Shown here: in pieces, positions 38,349 through 51,609 of the stretch
How the letters are laid out: every line of letters starts with the position of its first letter
How positions within the stretch are numbered: the stretch's first letter is position 1
DNA from: Basidiobolus meristosporus CBS 931.73
Lineage: Eukaryota; Fungi; Basidiobolomycota
Reading direction: 5' to 3'
Assembly (NCBI GenBank): GCA_002104905.1
Contig: MCFE01000081.1
Location: forward strand, 116,028-180,027
Length of the DNA: 64,000 nucleotides
Program-made: the position numbers and the translations under genes
The notes under the pieces: generated by a model
Databases searched by the model: none
What the model was told of the DNA's origin: nothing
The model's input: only the letters and a program-made list of their open reading frames with translations

Positions 38349-41143
38349 TGTTGTAAGAGTCTTGGCAATAATGGAAGTGATTGGGAGAACAGGTAGATTA
38401 TGTGGTTTTCACTTAATGATTTATTGAATGTAAAAGTAGTATGTATACTTTAACAAGGTCTTGACATAAAAAGCTCATAGAAAAGGTTAAGGAAAGACCT
38501 AAGAATATGTGTGCAAAGTTTGGAGCTGTTTGGACAACTTATCTAATTTTCATGTTCTGGGTAAATATTCTAAGTAAATCCCAACAAGGAATTTGGTCAG
38601 TATTCCCTAGGATTTGAAAGTAATGATCTAAGTGATTAAGTTAGGTGGATATTAAGGTGGAATTACAAATTTTACATCACCCCCACTCAGCTAAATGTTC
38701 ATACTGACTAGTCCTAATTTTGACCTAAGATATTCAAACTTGTCTCTAGGTAATGGTTTGGTAAATATATCTGCTATCATTTTGTCTTGAGGACAGTAAA
38801 TCAAGCTAATCAAGTTATTCTCTATTGCTTCACATATGAAATGATGTCTAATATCTATGTGCTTAGTTCTAGTATGAAAAGTTGGATTTCTACCTAATCT
38901 TATACATCCTTGATTATCCTGAAATAAAGTAATAGGCATTTTTTGACATAGGCTCAAATCTATAAACAGCTTTCTTAACAACATTGCTTCTTTTGTAGCT
39001 TCACAGGCTGCCATATACTCTGCCTCTGTGGTGGAAAGTGCTACAGTTAGTTGCTTTTTTGAATTCCATGAAATTGCTCCTTGACAGTAAAGAAAGGTGT
39101 ATCCTGTGGTGGATCTTCTATCTTCTAAATTTTGTCCCCAATCAGCATCAGAGTATCCCTGAAGATCTTGTTCTGAAACATTATAACTGTATCTTGAGCA
39201 GATAACAGTAGTTTCTTTTAGGTATCTAAGAATCCACTTAACCGCTGCAATGTGATCAGATCCATAGTTCTGATTATGCTGGCTGACAACTCCCACTGAA
39301 TATGTGATCACTAGACATGTTCCAAGCATAATATACATCAGACCCTCTACCATATATTGATAAGGAAAGTCAGGGCTTTCAGATGACAACAGGCTCTCTT
39401 GATTTGGATGAGTTTTGACCAAGTTAAGGTTTGTCTCCATTCTGGTAGCTGCAGGTTTACAGTCTTCCATTTGGTACCTCTTTGGTATATCTTGAATATA
39501 CTTGGATTGGCTTAGGGTGATAGTCTGGGTACTTCTGTCTATGGAGAGCTTTATCCCCAAGTAGTAACTGAGTTCTACTAGATTGGACATCTCAAACACT
39601 TTTGATAGGCTTGATTTAGTCTCTTCCAATGTTTCTAGGTTATTGGTGGCAATATTAAGATCATCCACATATAGAGCTAATAGAACTGGATTTGCTCTAC
39701 CTGGCTTATAGTATATGCTACAGTCAGCATTACTCCTTTTGAAGCTCAAAGATTCCAAATAAGTATTTATCTTGCAATTCCAGGCCCTTGGTGATTGTTT
39801 GAGACTATATTGAGATTTTTTAAGCTTGCCAACCATATAATGGTTGTCTTGGTCCACAAGCCCATCAGGCTGGTCCATATACATGTCCTCAACAAGTTTT
39901 AGATTCAAAAATGCAGCTTTTACATCCATTTGATGAATAAAAAACTTATATTTGGCTGCAATAGCCAATATTAATCTGATGGAATTAAACTTGGCTACTG
40001 GTGCAAAGGTCTCAGTATAGTAAAGTCCTTTTGTTTGAGAGTATCCTATGGCCACAAGTCTTACTTTGTATCTTTCAATTTTACCATCAGCCTTATATTT
40101 AGTTTTAAAGACCCATCTGCATCCAATTGATTCTAGATTGATTGGTAACTTGACCAAGCCCCAAGTTTGATTTTCTATCAGGGCCTGATATTCCTCAGTC
40201 ATTACAGATCCCCAAAACTCTGTGTGAGGGCTACTTAGGGCCTCTTTTATAGTCTGGGGCTCATCAATATGGACTGCATAGGCATAGGATAAGTTTGTAC
40301 CCTCATTGGTGCAGTAATTTGGGCTATTTCTTGTCTGGTTGGATCTCCTGGCATATGATACTGGAATGATCACTTCTGGGATATTCCTGGGCACTGATTC
40401 AGGCTGAACCATGGTTGTAGAGTGCTCTGGAGTGAAAAGATTCTCATTGTTTTGCTCTGATTTAATCCTGACTATTGGTTGACTTGAGATGAAGTTTTGT
40501 CATCATCTCATGTTACTTTTTATGAAAATTTTAAATTTCATCAAACAGCACATCCCTGGACTTAAATGGCTTTTTTCTTTGGTGTTGCAGAGTCTGTATG
40601 CTTTACTCTCATTGCAGTGGCCAAAAATATGTATTTTACACTTTTTGGCTCCAGTTTTGATTGATATCTGGCCAGTTTCTTGGCATATGCTGTACACCCA
40701 AATATTCTTAGATGTTCTACACTTGGTCTGTATCCATACCATGCTTCAAATGGAGTAGAAGCACATAGTATTCCATTATAACTCCTATTTTTAAGGTATA
40801 CAGCTGTGGCAACTGATTCTGCCCAATACTCACAGGTCAATTTTTGATCAGGAATCATTTATCTTGCCATATCAGTTAGTGATCTGTTTCCACTTTCTGC
40901 TACTCCATTTTACTGTGGGCAGTATGGTATAGTAGTCTCTTGCTTTATCCCATGAATTTTACAGAAGTGGATGAAGAGTTTAGAGGTATATTCTCCACCA
41001 TTGTTAGGGCATATTTTCTTGATTTTATCACCAGTTTCTCTCTCCACCATGGCTTTAAGCTCCGTGAACTTAGACAGAGCTTCTTCTGTTCTCTCCATGC
41101 AGTAGACCCACATATATCTTGTATAATTATCAATAAAAGTGAT
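38349..41143 (-). mobile_element. Degenerate copia, 3' part (3' LTR 38349-38679, RT/RNase H, integrase core)
   Basis: ORF 38691-40412 closely matches the RT/RH of the 20-kb copy; frameshifted integrase fragments; PPT next to the LTR. Confidence 0.93.
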
Positions 41144-41329
41144 TAGACTTGTTCTATTGGATAGTACCACATAGTGCCAGCCTGTTTATAATGCTGGATT
41201 GATCTGGCACTCTACGGCACTATCTGGCACTATATTTTCTACCATGATACCAGTGGTATGATACAGCTACTGGTAATTTTACTCAATCTTACTTATGTTG
41301 CTCAGAATAGTGCTTTCCTTGCGTTATTT

Positions 41330-42212
41330 ACTCTTCATAATGCTCCAGACACATTTCTCTCAATGGATATCTTCTTGTATGAGCATACTGCACATTAATA
41401 AGTATCTTTACTATTTTACCTATTCTGCTGTTTTCTCCAATACATATGACTTTCCTCTGTATTTACCTGCCAATATGCTGAATCTCTTCTGATATCCAAA
41501 TGTGTGCTCTACCCTCACTCTGAAATGATTGAATATCTCATTGTAGAGCTTCTGCTTCCTGCCAAGCACACCATTCCTTGGCTTCCTATAAGCTGTAATA
41601 CATCCTAATCTGTGACAATCCTATTCAATATAGGCTGCATCTGCCATATATTTCTCCCCTCTACTGAATTCAGGATGATTCTCTACCCAGAGTGCTTTGT
41701 CATGCCTACTTCCAGCAAATGGCCTGCTAAACCAGATGATGTTACCCTCAATGTCAGACAGTGCTTGAAACTTCACAGTGTGCCTTGTACTTGCCAGACT
41801 AAAAGTGCCTCTGCCCTCTAGAAGGTCTGTTAATCCTCACTGGGAAGGTATCCAAAATACTCCTGATATGGAACCTGTTGCTGAGCACTCTGGGATATGG
41901 AAGTCTATTGGAGCTTCTAAACCTAGTATTCCAAGCTTGCTCTAGGTCATTCATACACTCTGCAAGGTGGTTCTCCATTGATGTCAGCTGGGAATGAAAG
42001 CTTCTAGGACTTTTGTTGCCATGGATGGTGGGATGAAACCTTGTAGGGCAATAGTTCTGGTAATAGTGGAGAAGCTTAACAAGGGATCTCCTTGAGTAGA
42101 TTGGGGTAGATGGTCCACAATACTTGGAAAAGATCTCCTCTAGTGTGTCACAAGGAAATCCAGTGGTAGTGATGGGATTGATGAGAAAAGACCATTCAGA
42201 TGAGTAAGTCAT
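41330..42212 (-). pseudogene. Degenerate DDE_Tnp_4 (Harbinger-type) transposase
   Basis: Across frameshifts: ILDTFPVRINRP, SGKYKAHC, FAGSRHD, ADAAY, RVRVEHTFGYQKRFSILAGKYR (D-D-E triad recognisable). Confidence 0.8.
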
Positions 42213-43487
42213 ATTAAAATTGGTAGATGATTGTATGAAGGTGGTTTGAATGAATTCAGCACAATCTGAGTTATTTATCTGATTTTTAATGCATTATGAT
42301 TAAATCTCCATCAATTGCCATGTATCCCATCATTATGTTGCAAAAATTATCCGCAAACAATGCTTTGGTACTTTTATTGATGCTTTGCTCATAGGTCTGT
42401 AATCAAACAGGAAATCTGCAATTGATGTGATCTGATCCGTGTCAACGCAATCCAAGAGGCATCATGCATAATATATGGAAAATTCAACAATCACATTAGT
42501 TTTCATATATATTTCATATAAGACCAGGTTGATGCCAATATACTGCTGTATAAGTATCCAAATCCGTTGCTATGGTCCCCATACCAAGTCTCAACTCATC
42601 TTTAGTACAACCCAGACAAAACCCATCCCCAAGCTCACAAGCGTGGTCCGGACCGGAAGAGTTGATGTCAGATCCATTTGAGTTCTTGCCAAATGATTTT
42701 AGTATGGCCCAAGTGTCTATGATGAGCCTTCATACAGACATTTGGGCACTACTGACTAATCTAGCAGAACTAGATACCTCAGAGAGTCAACAAAGATGGA
42801 AGAATTTGAGTAGAAAGCTGTGGCATGAGTTCTACATCAAGATGCAGCCAATGTATGTAAGAAGATATTTAACAAGACAAGTATTGAAATCAAGAATGAG
42901 CTGAGAGTGAGGGGATATGATGAAGAAGCTGTGCGGGAACAATTTTGCAAGCAATTTGCACAGTACGGGCTGGACATGTCCATTTGTGCCTCAACTTTGG
43001 GAACCAAAGAGATTTTGAATAAGTTTTTGCCTCAAATGACTAATGTACTATGTGATATATTAGTAGAGCTAAGTGGCTTCTAAGAGCAATATACACAGGA
43101 CTCATTCAGGCAACAGCTCCAAAGTATCAGACAGAGGGTAAGTGAATACCTTGAGAAATCAGATGAAGCTTCAGGAGGAAGAATACAGACTGCAAGCAAC
43201 ATCATCCAGATTGCGCCAGCACACCTTGCTGGATTCCTTACCATCTCGTGCAATCACAGCGCGCTGGCACACATCAGTCCAGACTATGCCAACGCCCTTT
43301 ACCAGAATGCCCTGCATTGAGTCAACATGCGTCAGGTCAACGTGCACGCTTCAGAGCAAAACTACCAGAACTTGCCAAACTGCTCATTTAGACACAAGTC
43401 CATTGGAGCAGACCAAGTTGCATCAACATGCAGCATCACATCAAACTCAGCCAAGGGCCATCTCAATGTGTCAAGTAGCGCCTGCGC

Positions 43488-46400
43488 TGTAGTGGGGTGA
43501 CAGTGACACCCACTGACAGATGTGCTCATTCCCTTATTTTCTACTTCCCTATATCTCTACTACACTTATTTTAGTTTTATCCCATTTGTCTTACCCAATC
43601 AGTACTATCCCATAAGCCGGTTGACTATCACACCTGCTTACCTTATTGCATAAGTTAACCCTCACTTTATGTAAGATTACTAGCTATAAGTACTTCTATA
43701 TTAGGCAAGTACCCGCGCCAGTACCCGTGACACATGATCAGCCCGTGTCACCATCCATACCACTTCCATACCATATATGGTATCCCCATGTTACACAGGT
43801 TTCAGAATACTGATTCCTGATTGGTCGGATGTGCTGTGCCTCTTAGAACCTTCCGGCACCTACTTAGAACATTCTTAGGTCATTCTGATGTCATTAAGAT
43901 TTCTATTGATCTCCGGAACCTTCTGGAACACCATGATTAGTAATCACTTAGCCAGTAAGAAAAGTATATAAGGGAGGCTATCCCTCAACAATAAATCATC
44001 ATCCCTTTTATCAATATACCGACTTGTTGATTAGTGTGATCACTGCTACCTGCTGCTACCTGAACTTCCAACCCTAGACCACAGGACACTCCCAGGAAAC
44101 CGCGCTGACAGCCAACTGACCTTGGAGGCACTACTTGTGAGGAATACTCAGAGTAGGTATCTTTTATTATATTTGATTCTTTCCCAAGTTTGTTCTTGTA
44201 CAGGCAAAGATACTTTTCTGTCTTTGTAACTATTGACCAAAGCTGCATTCTTATCAAGTCCCTGCTGGTGGAGTTTACAGTTGTTTTGACTTTGGAAGCT
44301 TTAGTACATTGTCATCTCAAAGGACGCTGAACCCAGCACATACTTTTGTTAAGACGCCAACTAAGTTGGGGATTGTAGCTCAATAGTTTTCCCTTGACAA
44401 GCTTGTGGCTTTATTCCCCTTCACATTAGATTAGAGACAGAACCCAAGTATTCCTAGCAAGCTTTTGCCAGAGGTTATCGCACCCAGTGAACACCCCACA
44501 CACAAAACACTTGAGAAGTGTTGGACGTATCTCTCCCTTGGACCTATACACCACCACATATTTGGCACCCAACGTGGGGGGTTCATACAAGCTCCCTAGG
44601 ACCCAACAAGATTTACCTGAAGATTTGAGCTGTTATCCACCTATTGAAAAGAGACTACCGATATTACCAAGATTACAACACCAACATACCTGCCCAAAAA
44701 TGAACTCTATGCCATTACCACTCTCACATGGAGCCCCACAGTTTGATGGAAAGAATGTGGAGAGCTTCATATTCAAATGGGAGAAGCTCTGCAAGATGTG
44801 CAGCCTATCTGAACAAGAAATGGCTGAAGACTTCCCCTACTACTGCACCGATGATATTACCACTAAGCTTCTCAGACAAGGAGACATTCTCACTGACTGG
44901 GCCTTAATGAAGACCTACCTACAGACCAAGTATGGTAGACCCCAGATATACTATGGAATTGAAGACCTCAGGCACTTTGGAAGAACTGGACTTTCCAAGC
45001 TACCACTTGAAGAGTTCATTCAACAGTATGAAGATATGGCCAAGCCACTCCTAGAGTCCCAGGCTATAACTGAGTTTACCATGACACTTTACCTTGCACA
45101 AGGGCTTCCCCAGGACTTGGCAAGGAAAGTTGACTTACATGCAGCCAAGGATGACAAGTCTGGCATTCCTTGCTTTGCAGAGATGAAACGTGTTCTCCTA
45201 GAGGCAAAGCAAACTTCTACCTTTATGAGACTCCTGACATCTAATCTGCCAGACCAGTCAACCAAGGAGCCAAGGAGTGCTGCTGCTGACAATCAGACCT
45301 ACACTACCGACAGAATTGACCAACTTGCTGAACAGCTACAAAAGCTAGCCCTCAAGATTAATGGCTCAGCTGAGGTTGCTACTGAGGGACAAAGACCTTT
45401 GCCTAGGCACTGCATCTGGTGTGACTCTACTCAGCATGCCAGACGAGAATGCTCAGAGCTTAGCCAGCTACTCAGAGAAGGAGCAGTACAGTTTGATGCT
45501 GATGGAATGCTTGCTGACAAGGAAGGAAGAAGGATTCCCACTAATTTCCGAAGAGGAGGGATGAGAGCCCTTTTCCAGAAATCTGACTCAGCAACCAGAA
45601 AGATTACTGTTGATGCCCCTATTGGGACACATAAAGTGAATCCAAGCAGCCCTGACAACAGACAATATGAAGTTGATGCCTTTGCTACCAAAAGACACCT
45701 CCCTGAAGAACCTGCCAAACCCATCCTTAGAAGACCACAATTTGAAGAACCTGAAGTTGTTATTGACAAGAGGCCTAGTATGCTGCCCACCCAAAATCCA
45801 TCGCCTCACTTTCAGATGACCTCAAAGATAGCAAGCTACTCAAGCCCTCAACTGATTACTGAGAAGCTGCTGAAGCAGAACCTCACTTTGTCGGTTGGAG
45901 AAATCATGAGTGTATCCCCATCTGTTAGGAAGACCTTTGATGAGCAGCTTAGAACAAGATGACAAGCTGTTGAACATATGGACACTCATATAATTCAGAC
46001 AAACCATGAAGACCACCAAAAGGATGACAACACTACTGAATATAAGACCTTTTACTCAGTTGCAACTGCTGTGGTGAAAGGGTATATATATGATGACCCT
46101 GTTGACTGCCATATTGACAGTGGCTCAGAGATTTGTGTTATGCCGCTAGACTTCTGGAAGACACTTAAAAGCAAGGAGCTACTGCCTGTTGATAGAGATA
46201 TTGGATGGAACATGACCGATGCAAACTCAGGATCTAGTCCACTCTATGGTGTAGTACACAAGTTTCCTATTGAGGTACAAGGAATCAAGGTCTGGCTTCC
46301 CCTCTTCATCTGCCAGAAGGCAAACTTTGACCTTCTGCTAGGTAGACCATGGGAAACCAGTACTAAGGCTACAACTACCAACTATTCCGATGGGTCAGTA

Positions 46401-49400
46401 TGGTACACCATACAAGGATCCAATCCAGGACTACAGTCAACCTTCTGTGGTGTAACACCCAACAATAAGAGGACACATACTGCTTGCCAGAAGGCACATC
46501 TTGTTATGGAAGAAGATGAAGAGCCTGACAATATACACCCCAACATTTGGAGCTGCTCATTAGGTATACAGGAGCAAACAGCTATGGTTTGAACAAAATA
46601 CAAGACAGTAGAACAGAAGATTTGACCATCACTTACCCCACTGACTGATGGATCTCGACCTGCTGATTACATTAGACCACCAGAAAAAACACCAGATGAT
46701 ATACGACTTACACCTGAGAGACTTAAGCAACTTATCATTGGTGATGGAAACCTAACACCAGAGGAGATACTATTATTCAAGGAGACCTTGAAAAGGCATG
46801 ATAAGGTCTTCTCGTATAATGACAAGGAGATGGGACTCTTAAAGACATCGGTTGAAAAACCTATCAAGATTCATACAGTGCCACACACACCCTGGTCATT
46901 TAAGCCTTACCCACTGCCCAGAGGACTCCAAGCTGATGTGCATGACCTACTTAAGAAGAAGATAGAAGCTGGCATCCTAGAACCTTGCCATGGACCCTAT
47001 GCTAACAGATGGTTTGTGACCAAAAAGAAGAATGGAAAGCTCCGATTCATTCAAGACATGCAACCTGCAAATGCTGTCACTATCAGAGATGCTGCTATAC
47101 CTCCATCTATTGATGACTTTGCAGAAAGCTTTAGTGGCCACTCCATCTACTCAACATATGATCTCTACTCAGGATATAACCAGATCCCCCTTGATGAGAC
47201 ATCAAGAGATATGTTTGCACTACAGACACCATTTGGACTGTTAAGGATGACAAGACTCAGTCAAGGGGCTACAAACTCCGTGGCTCAGTTCCAGAGATGC
47301 ATGGTAAATGTGCTGTATCAGTTTATACCTGAGAAACTTGCTGTCTTTGTGGATGACATAGGCATCAAAGGATCAAAATTCTGGGACACCACTGAAGTTA
47401 TGCCTGGAGTAAGAAAGTTTGTCTATGACCATATTGCAGACAATGATGCCATATTAGGAGCCATTGAAGAAGCTGGACTCACCATCAGTGGTGAGAAAAG
47501 CAGCTTTGGTGTATCAGAGATATCCATTGTTGGACAAAAATGCAACACCTTTGGTCGTTCACCTGGAGACTCCAAGACACAAAAGATATGCAACTGGCCT
47601 ACCCCCACAAATCTCACACAAGCTCGTGGCTTTGTGGCTGCTTGTGGGCTCTTTAGGATCTGGATCCCAAGATTTTCTGAGATAGCAGAACCAATTTACC
47701 AACTACAGAGAAAGAACACCCCATTTATCTGGGGAGAAGAGCAAGAAGAAGCCATGCAATTACTGAAAGAGGCCTTAGTATCTCCACCAGTTCTGAGACC
47801 TCTTGACTATCAAAACACTGAATGCCCACCTATTTTGACAGTGGATGCAAGCCCCATAGGAGCTGGAGCACTACTTGGACAAGATGATGAAGATGGCAAC
47901 CGCTATGCCTGCAGATATGAGAGCTGCCTACTCTCTCCTAGAGAACAAAGATACTCACAGATTAAGAGAGAACTACTAGGAGTTGTAAAGATGCTGAGGA
48001 AACTGAAGTCACAACTCTACATGACACATTTTATCCTGGAGACAGATGCCAAGCCACTGACAGGAATGATCAACAAGCCTGACCTACCTGATGATGCCAC
48101 AAACCAATGGATGGCATGGCTGAAAATGTTTGACTTTGAGGTCAAACATATCCCTGGCAAGACAAATGTTGTGGCTGATGCACTCTCCAGGAAGGGACCA
48201 CAATTATTTGAAGACTTGGACCCTCACTTTGATGATATTATTGATGCAGAGATCCAACAGATTGCCATCAAAGACCAAGAGAGAACTACCTGGAGCCTGA
48301 TCAAGGAATATCTAAGGACACTTAAGAAACCTAGTTGGATGGATATTCAGGAGTTTAGAAACTCAGGAAGAAGGCACACCACTACTATCTTAAAGATGAT
48401 CTTCTCTTTAAGCGAGTGAAACCTGGACTTATGCCAAGAAGAGTAGTCACTACCCCTCAAGAGCAACTGAACATCATGACAAGTATCCACCAAGGTGAAC
48501 CAGGAGGACATAGAGGACAAGAAGCCACATACAATACTACAGCTCAGAGGTACTACTGGGAAAACATGTACTATGATATCCAACACTTTGTTGAGTCATG
48601 TGTAGCCTGCCAGAAGAGATCCTCAAAGCGTTATGAAGAACCACTGCATCCTACTTACACAATCTGTCTATGGCAAAAGGTTGGTATTGACCTTGTCCAC
48701 ATGCCAACAGCTGGATCAAAAAAGTACCTGATTGTTGCTAGAGATGACCTTAGTGGATGGGCAGAGGCTCAAGCCTTGCCCAACAACAAGAGCCATACCA
48801 TATGGAGATTTATACTTGAAGACATCATCTGCAGATTTGGCTGCATCCAACAGTTTGTTGCTGACAGAGGAGAGATGACATCCCAAATGATCCAGGAGTT
48901 GTGCTCAAAGTACAAGATACACATTGCTTTTACAACAGCTTACCACCCTTAAGCCAATGGAATGATAGAGAGAGGACATGGACCATTGGTGAACTCTCTT
49001 GTCAAGACCTGTGAGAATAACACAACACTGTGGCCACAGCAATTACATCTAGCACTCTGGGCAGATAGAATTACTACTAAGAGGACAACTGGATTATTGC
49101 CATTCAAGCTACTCTATGGACATGACTGCATACTACCAGTTGAGTTAAACACAGTCACTTGGAACTCATTGAATTGGAGATCCAATATGCAGACTGAAGA
49201 CCTCCTTGCAACTCGCATACAGCAACTTGATCACCATGACTTGAATATCAGCAGAGCTGCTGAACAACTTAAGGATACACGACTAAAGAACAAGGTGCCC
49301 TTTGACAAATCACACCCAACAAGACCAAAACCACTATCACTAGGAGACCCAGTATTACTCTATGATTCTACCTTGGACAAGCAATGGAGTCGGAAGTTTG

Positions 49401-49867
49401 ACAACAAATGGACTGGCCCCTACCTCATTTCCAAAGTGATTGGAAATGGAAGTTATTACATATCTGAGCTTGACAACACCCAGTTGAGAGCACCAGTTGC
49501 TGGAAATCAACTTAAGTTATTCAAGCATAGGAATTTTGCACATCAAGATTAGTTTGCTTTGACCCAAGTTCAAAGCTGAGAGGGGGGTGGATGTAGTGGG
49601 GTGACAGTGACACCCACTGACAGATGTGCTCATTCCCTTATTTTCTACTTCCCTATATCTCTACTACAACTAAGTTGGGGATTGTAGCTCAATAGTTTTC
49701 CCTTGACAAGCTTGTGGCTTTATTCCCCTTCACATTAGATTAGAGACAGAACCCAAGTATTCCTAGCAAGCTTTTGCCAGAGGTTATCGCACCCAGTGAA
49801 CACCCCACACACAAAACACTTGAGAAGTGTTGGACATATCTCTCCCTTAGACCTATACACCACCACA
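43488..49867 (+). mobile_element. Ty3/gypsy LTR retrotransposon, inactivated
   Basis: 5' LTR 43488-44558 (1071 bp); 3' LTR 49592-49867 (276 bp, internal deletion); TSD GCGC; PBS TGGCACCCAACGTGGGG (tRNA-Lys-like); PPT GAGAGGGGGGTGGA. Confidence 0.95.
44700..49552 (+). pseudogene. Gypsy gag-pol with four premature stops and one frameshift
   Basis: CIWCDSTQHARREC knuckle, HIDSGSE protease, VFVDDI RT, TVDAS RNase H, HHCC and DDE integrase; stops at 45960, 46590, 46623, 48950; frameshift near 48360. Confidence 0.92.
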
Positions 49868-50767
49868 GCGCATGTTGTTTTGCTTGACTATCAGCAAGTT
49901 ACTTCTGGTGAACTGACTGATGATGACCAACATGAAGTGCCTCAACCACCAGAGCCCTTGGCAAGTAAAAGAACACGTCAGTGCGTGGCACTCCAGGCCA
50001 GTTCTGTTAGTTCAGTTGGAGCATTTCAGTGCAACCAAGCTGCAGCATCACACTCATCAACTAGGAGGCAAAATACTGACTACAAATACACAAGTAGCCA
50101 AGATGATAGTCAGCCAAGTAGTAGTATAGGTGTGCAAGGTAAGTCACTACCATGCTTCAGTAGTAATCCCTGTGAGAAAAAAACCCAGGAGAAGATGATG
50201 CAATTGCTTTGAATTGCTATTATATGTAATGATCCCAACAACCCATTTTTTTTGCAATCCAAATTGAGCCATTGCAAATCAGTGATCATCAAATTTTTGA
50301 TATAAGTAATACCAAGGTTGTCTCACATTTGAGACAGAACCCCTACAAATAAACACCCTGCATATATATACACCATCTGTAATACCAGTGCAGCTATTTA
50401 ATCTGTTTTGCACCTACCTGATTGCTTGCGTGCTAGCTATGACACCTTGTCCAATCACTAGGATCAGGGATTTACTTGCTCAATGGGCAAAATGGGATAT
50501 TTGACGGTGAATCAGGTAGCTTGTTTAGTAGTCAATGAGCCAATTGGAGGCTGCCCACTTCAGGATACTTTTGGACCAATTAACCACCAAGATACCGTCC
50601 AATTGGAGTGATGGTAACCAAAATGGTAAGTATCAGTGTAGTTTATAGTGTGATACACATTTATTTCCATTTACATTAAAGAAACATATCCAAAAACCGG
50701 ATTTTACCTGCCATAATAGCAGTATCCAATTGCGCACATGATGCAAACATTACAAGTTGGCACAATC

Positions 50768-51116
50768 TGTTGTAAAAATTTGTATTTCCACCTAAATATT
50801 CACCTAACTTAGTCACCTAGATCATCACCTTCAAATCCTAGAGAATATTGACCAAATTCCTTGTTGGGATTTACTTAGAATATTTTCACCAAAATGCCAG
50901 GTACCCAGAACATGAAAATTCTCAAAGTTGTCCAAACAGCCCCAAACTTTGCACACATATTTTTGGGACCTTCCTTAACCTATTCTACGTGTTTGTAATG
51001 CCAAGACCAGGCAAAAGTATAAATACTACTTTTACATTCAATAAATCATTAAGTGAAAACCACATAATCTACTTGTTCTCGAAATCACTTCCAATATCTC
51101 CAAGACTCTTACAACA
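50768..51116 (+). mobile_element. Solo copia LTR (349 bp)
   Basis: TG...CA termini; TSD CAATC on both sides. Confidence 0.93.
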
Positions 51117-51296
51117 CAATCATCTGTGCCAACCTCATAGTGTCAGATTGTGCCATAGTGTGCAAGATTGTCCCACATAGTGCAAAATTGTCCTAGAACA
51201 ATCCTGCCTACTGGTAGCTAAAATATTGCACCCAATTGTTCTTTACAACCACGGATTGCGCCACGCACCCTGGCATGGTACAATGAAACAAGTCTA

Positions 51297-51541
51297 TCAA
51301 GTACATCATCCTGCCTGGGGATAAACTTTGCGTAGATCCGCACAGATCTGAGTGAATTAGATCTGGTTTTTTTAGTTTTGATAAACCCAGAGCTCTTAAA
51401 TGGTTGTCTGGCTTGATTCTCAAGTATGCAGACTTCACAGTGCTCCAAATTAGCTGAGGGATCAATTTTTACTCCGGAAATTAGCTGATCTTTGATCATT
51501 TAGCTCAATGAATCAAACTGATGTGTCCAAATCTCATGTGC
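51297..51541 (-). mobile_element. Upstream continuation of the 38.3-41.1 kb copia (pre-integrase region), truncated at 51541
   Basis: Matches the intact copy at about 21478-21722; joins the 41143 end across the DNA-transposon insertion. Confidence 0.88.
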
Positions 51542-51609
51542 TAGGGTTAGGGGGGAGACAGTTAACAACAGGTGAAATCTTTATTTCAGTTGAAACAAAG
51601 AAGCCAGCG

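Larger units (their letters stand above)
41144..51296. mobile_element. PHIS-superfamily (PIF/Harbinger/ISL2EU-like) DNA transposon with nested gypsy and solo LTR; about 3.4 kb without the nested insertions
   Basis: Imperfect 16-bp TIRs, TAGACTTGTTCTATTG (41144) and CAATGAAACAAGTCTA (ending 51296), sit where the copia integrase is split; DDE_Tnp_4-type transposase inside. Confidence 0.8.

Noticed and set aside
45960-45977. Programmed readthrough between gypsy gag and pol
   Set aside because: The TGA fits a CGA>TGA mutation, like two further in-frame stops downstream; decay is more parsimonious
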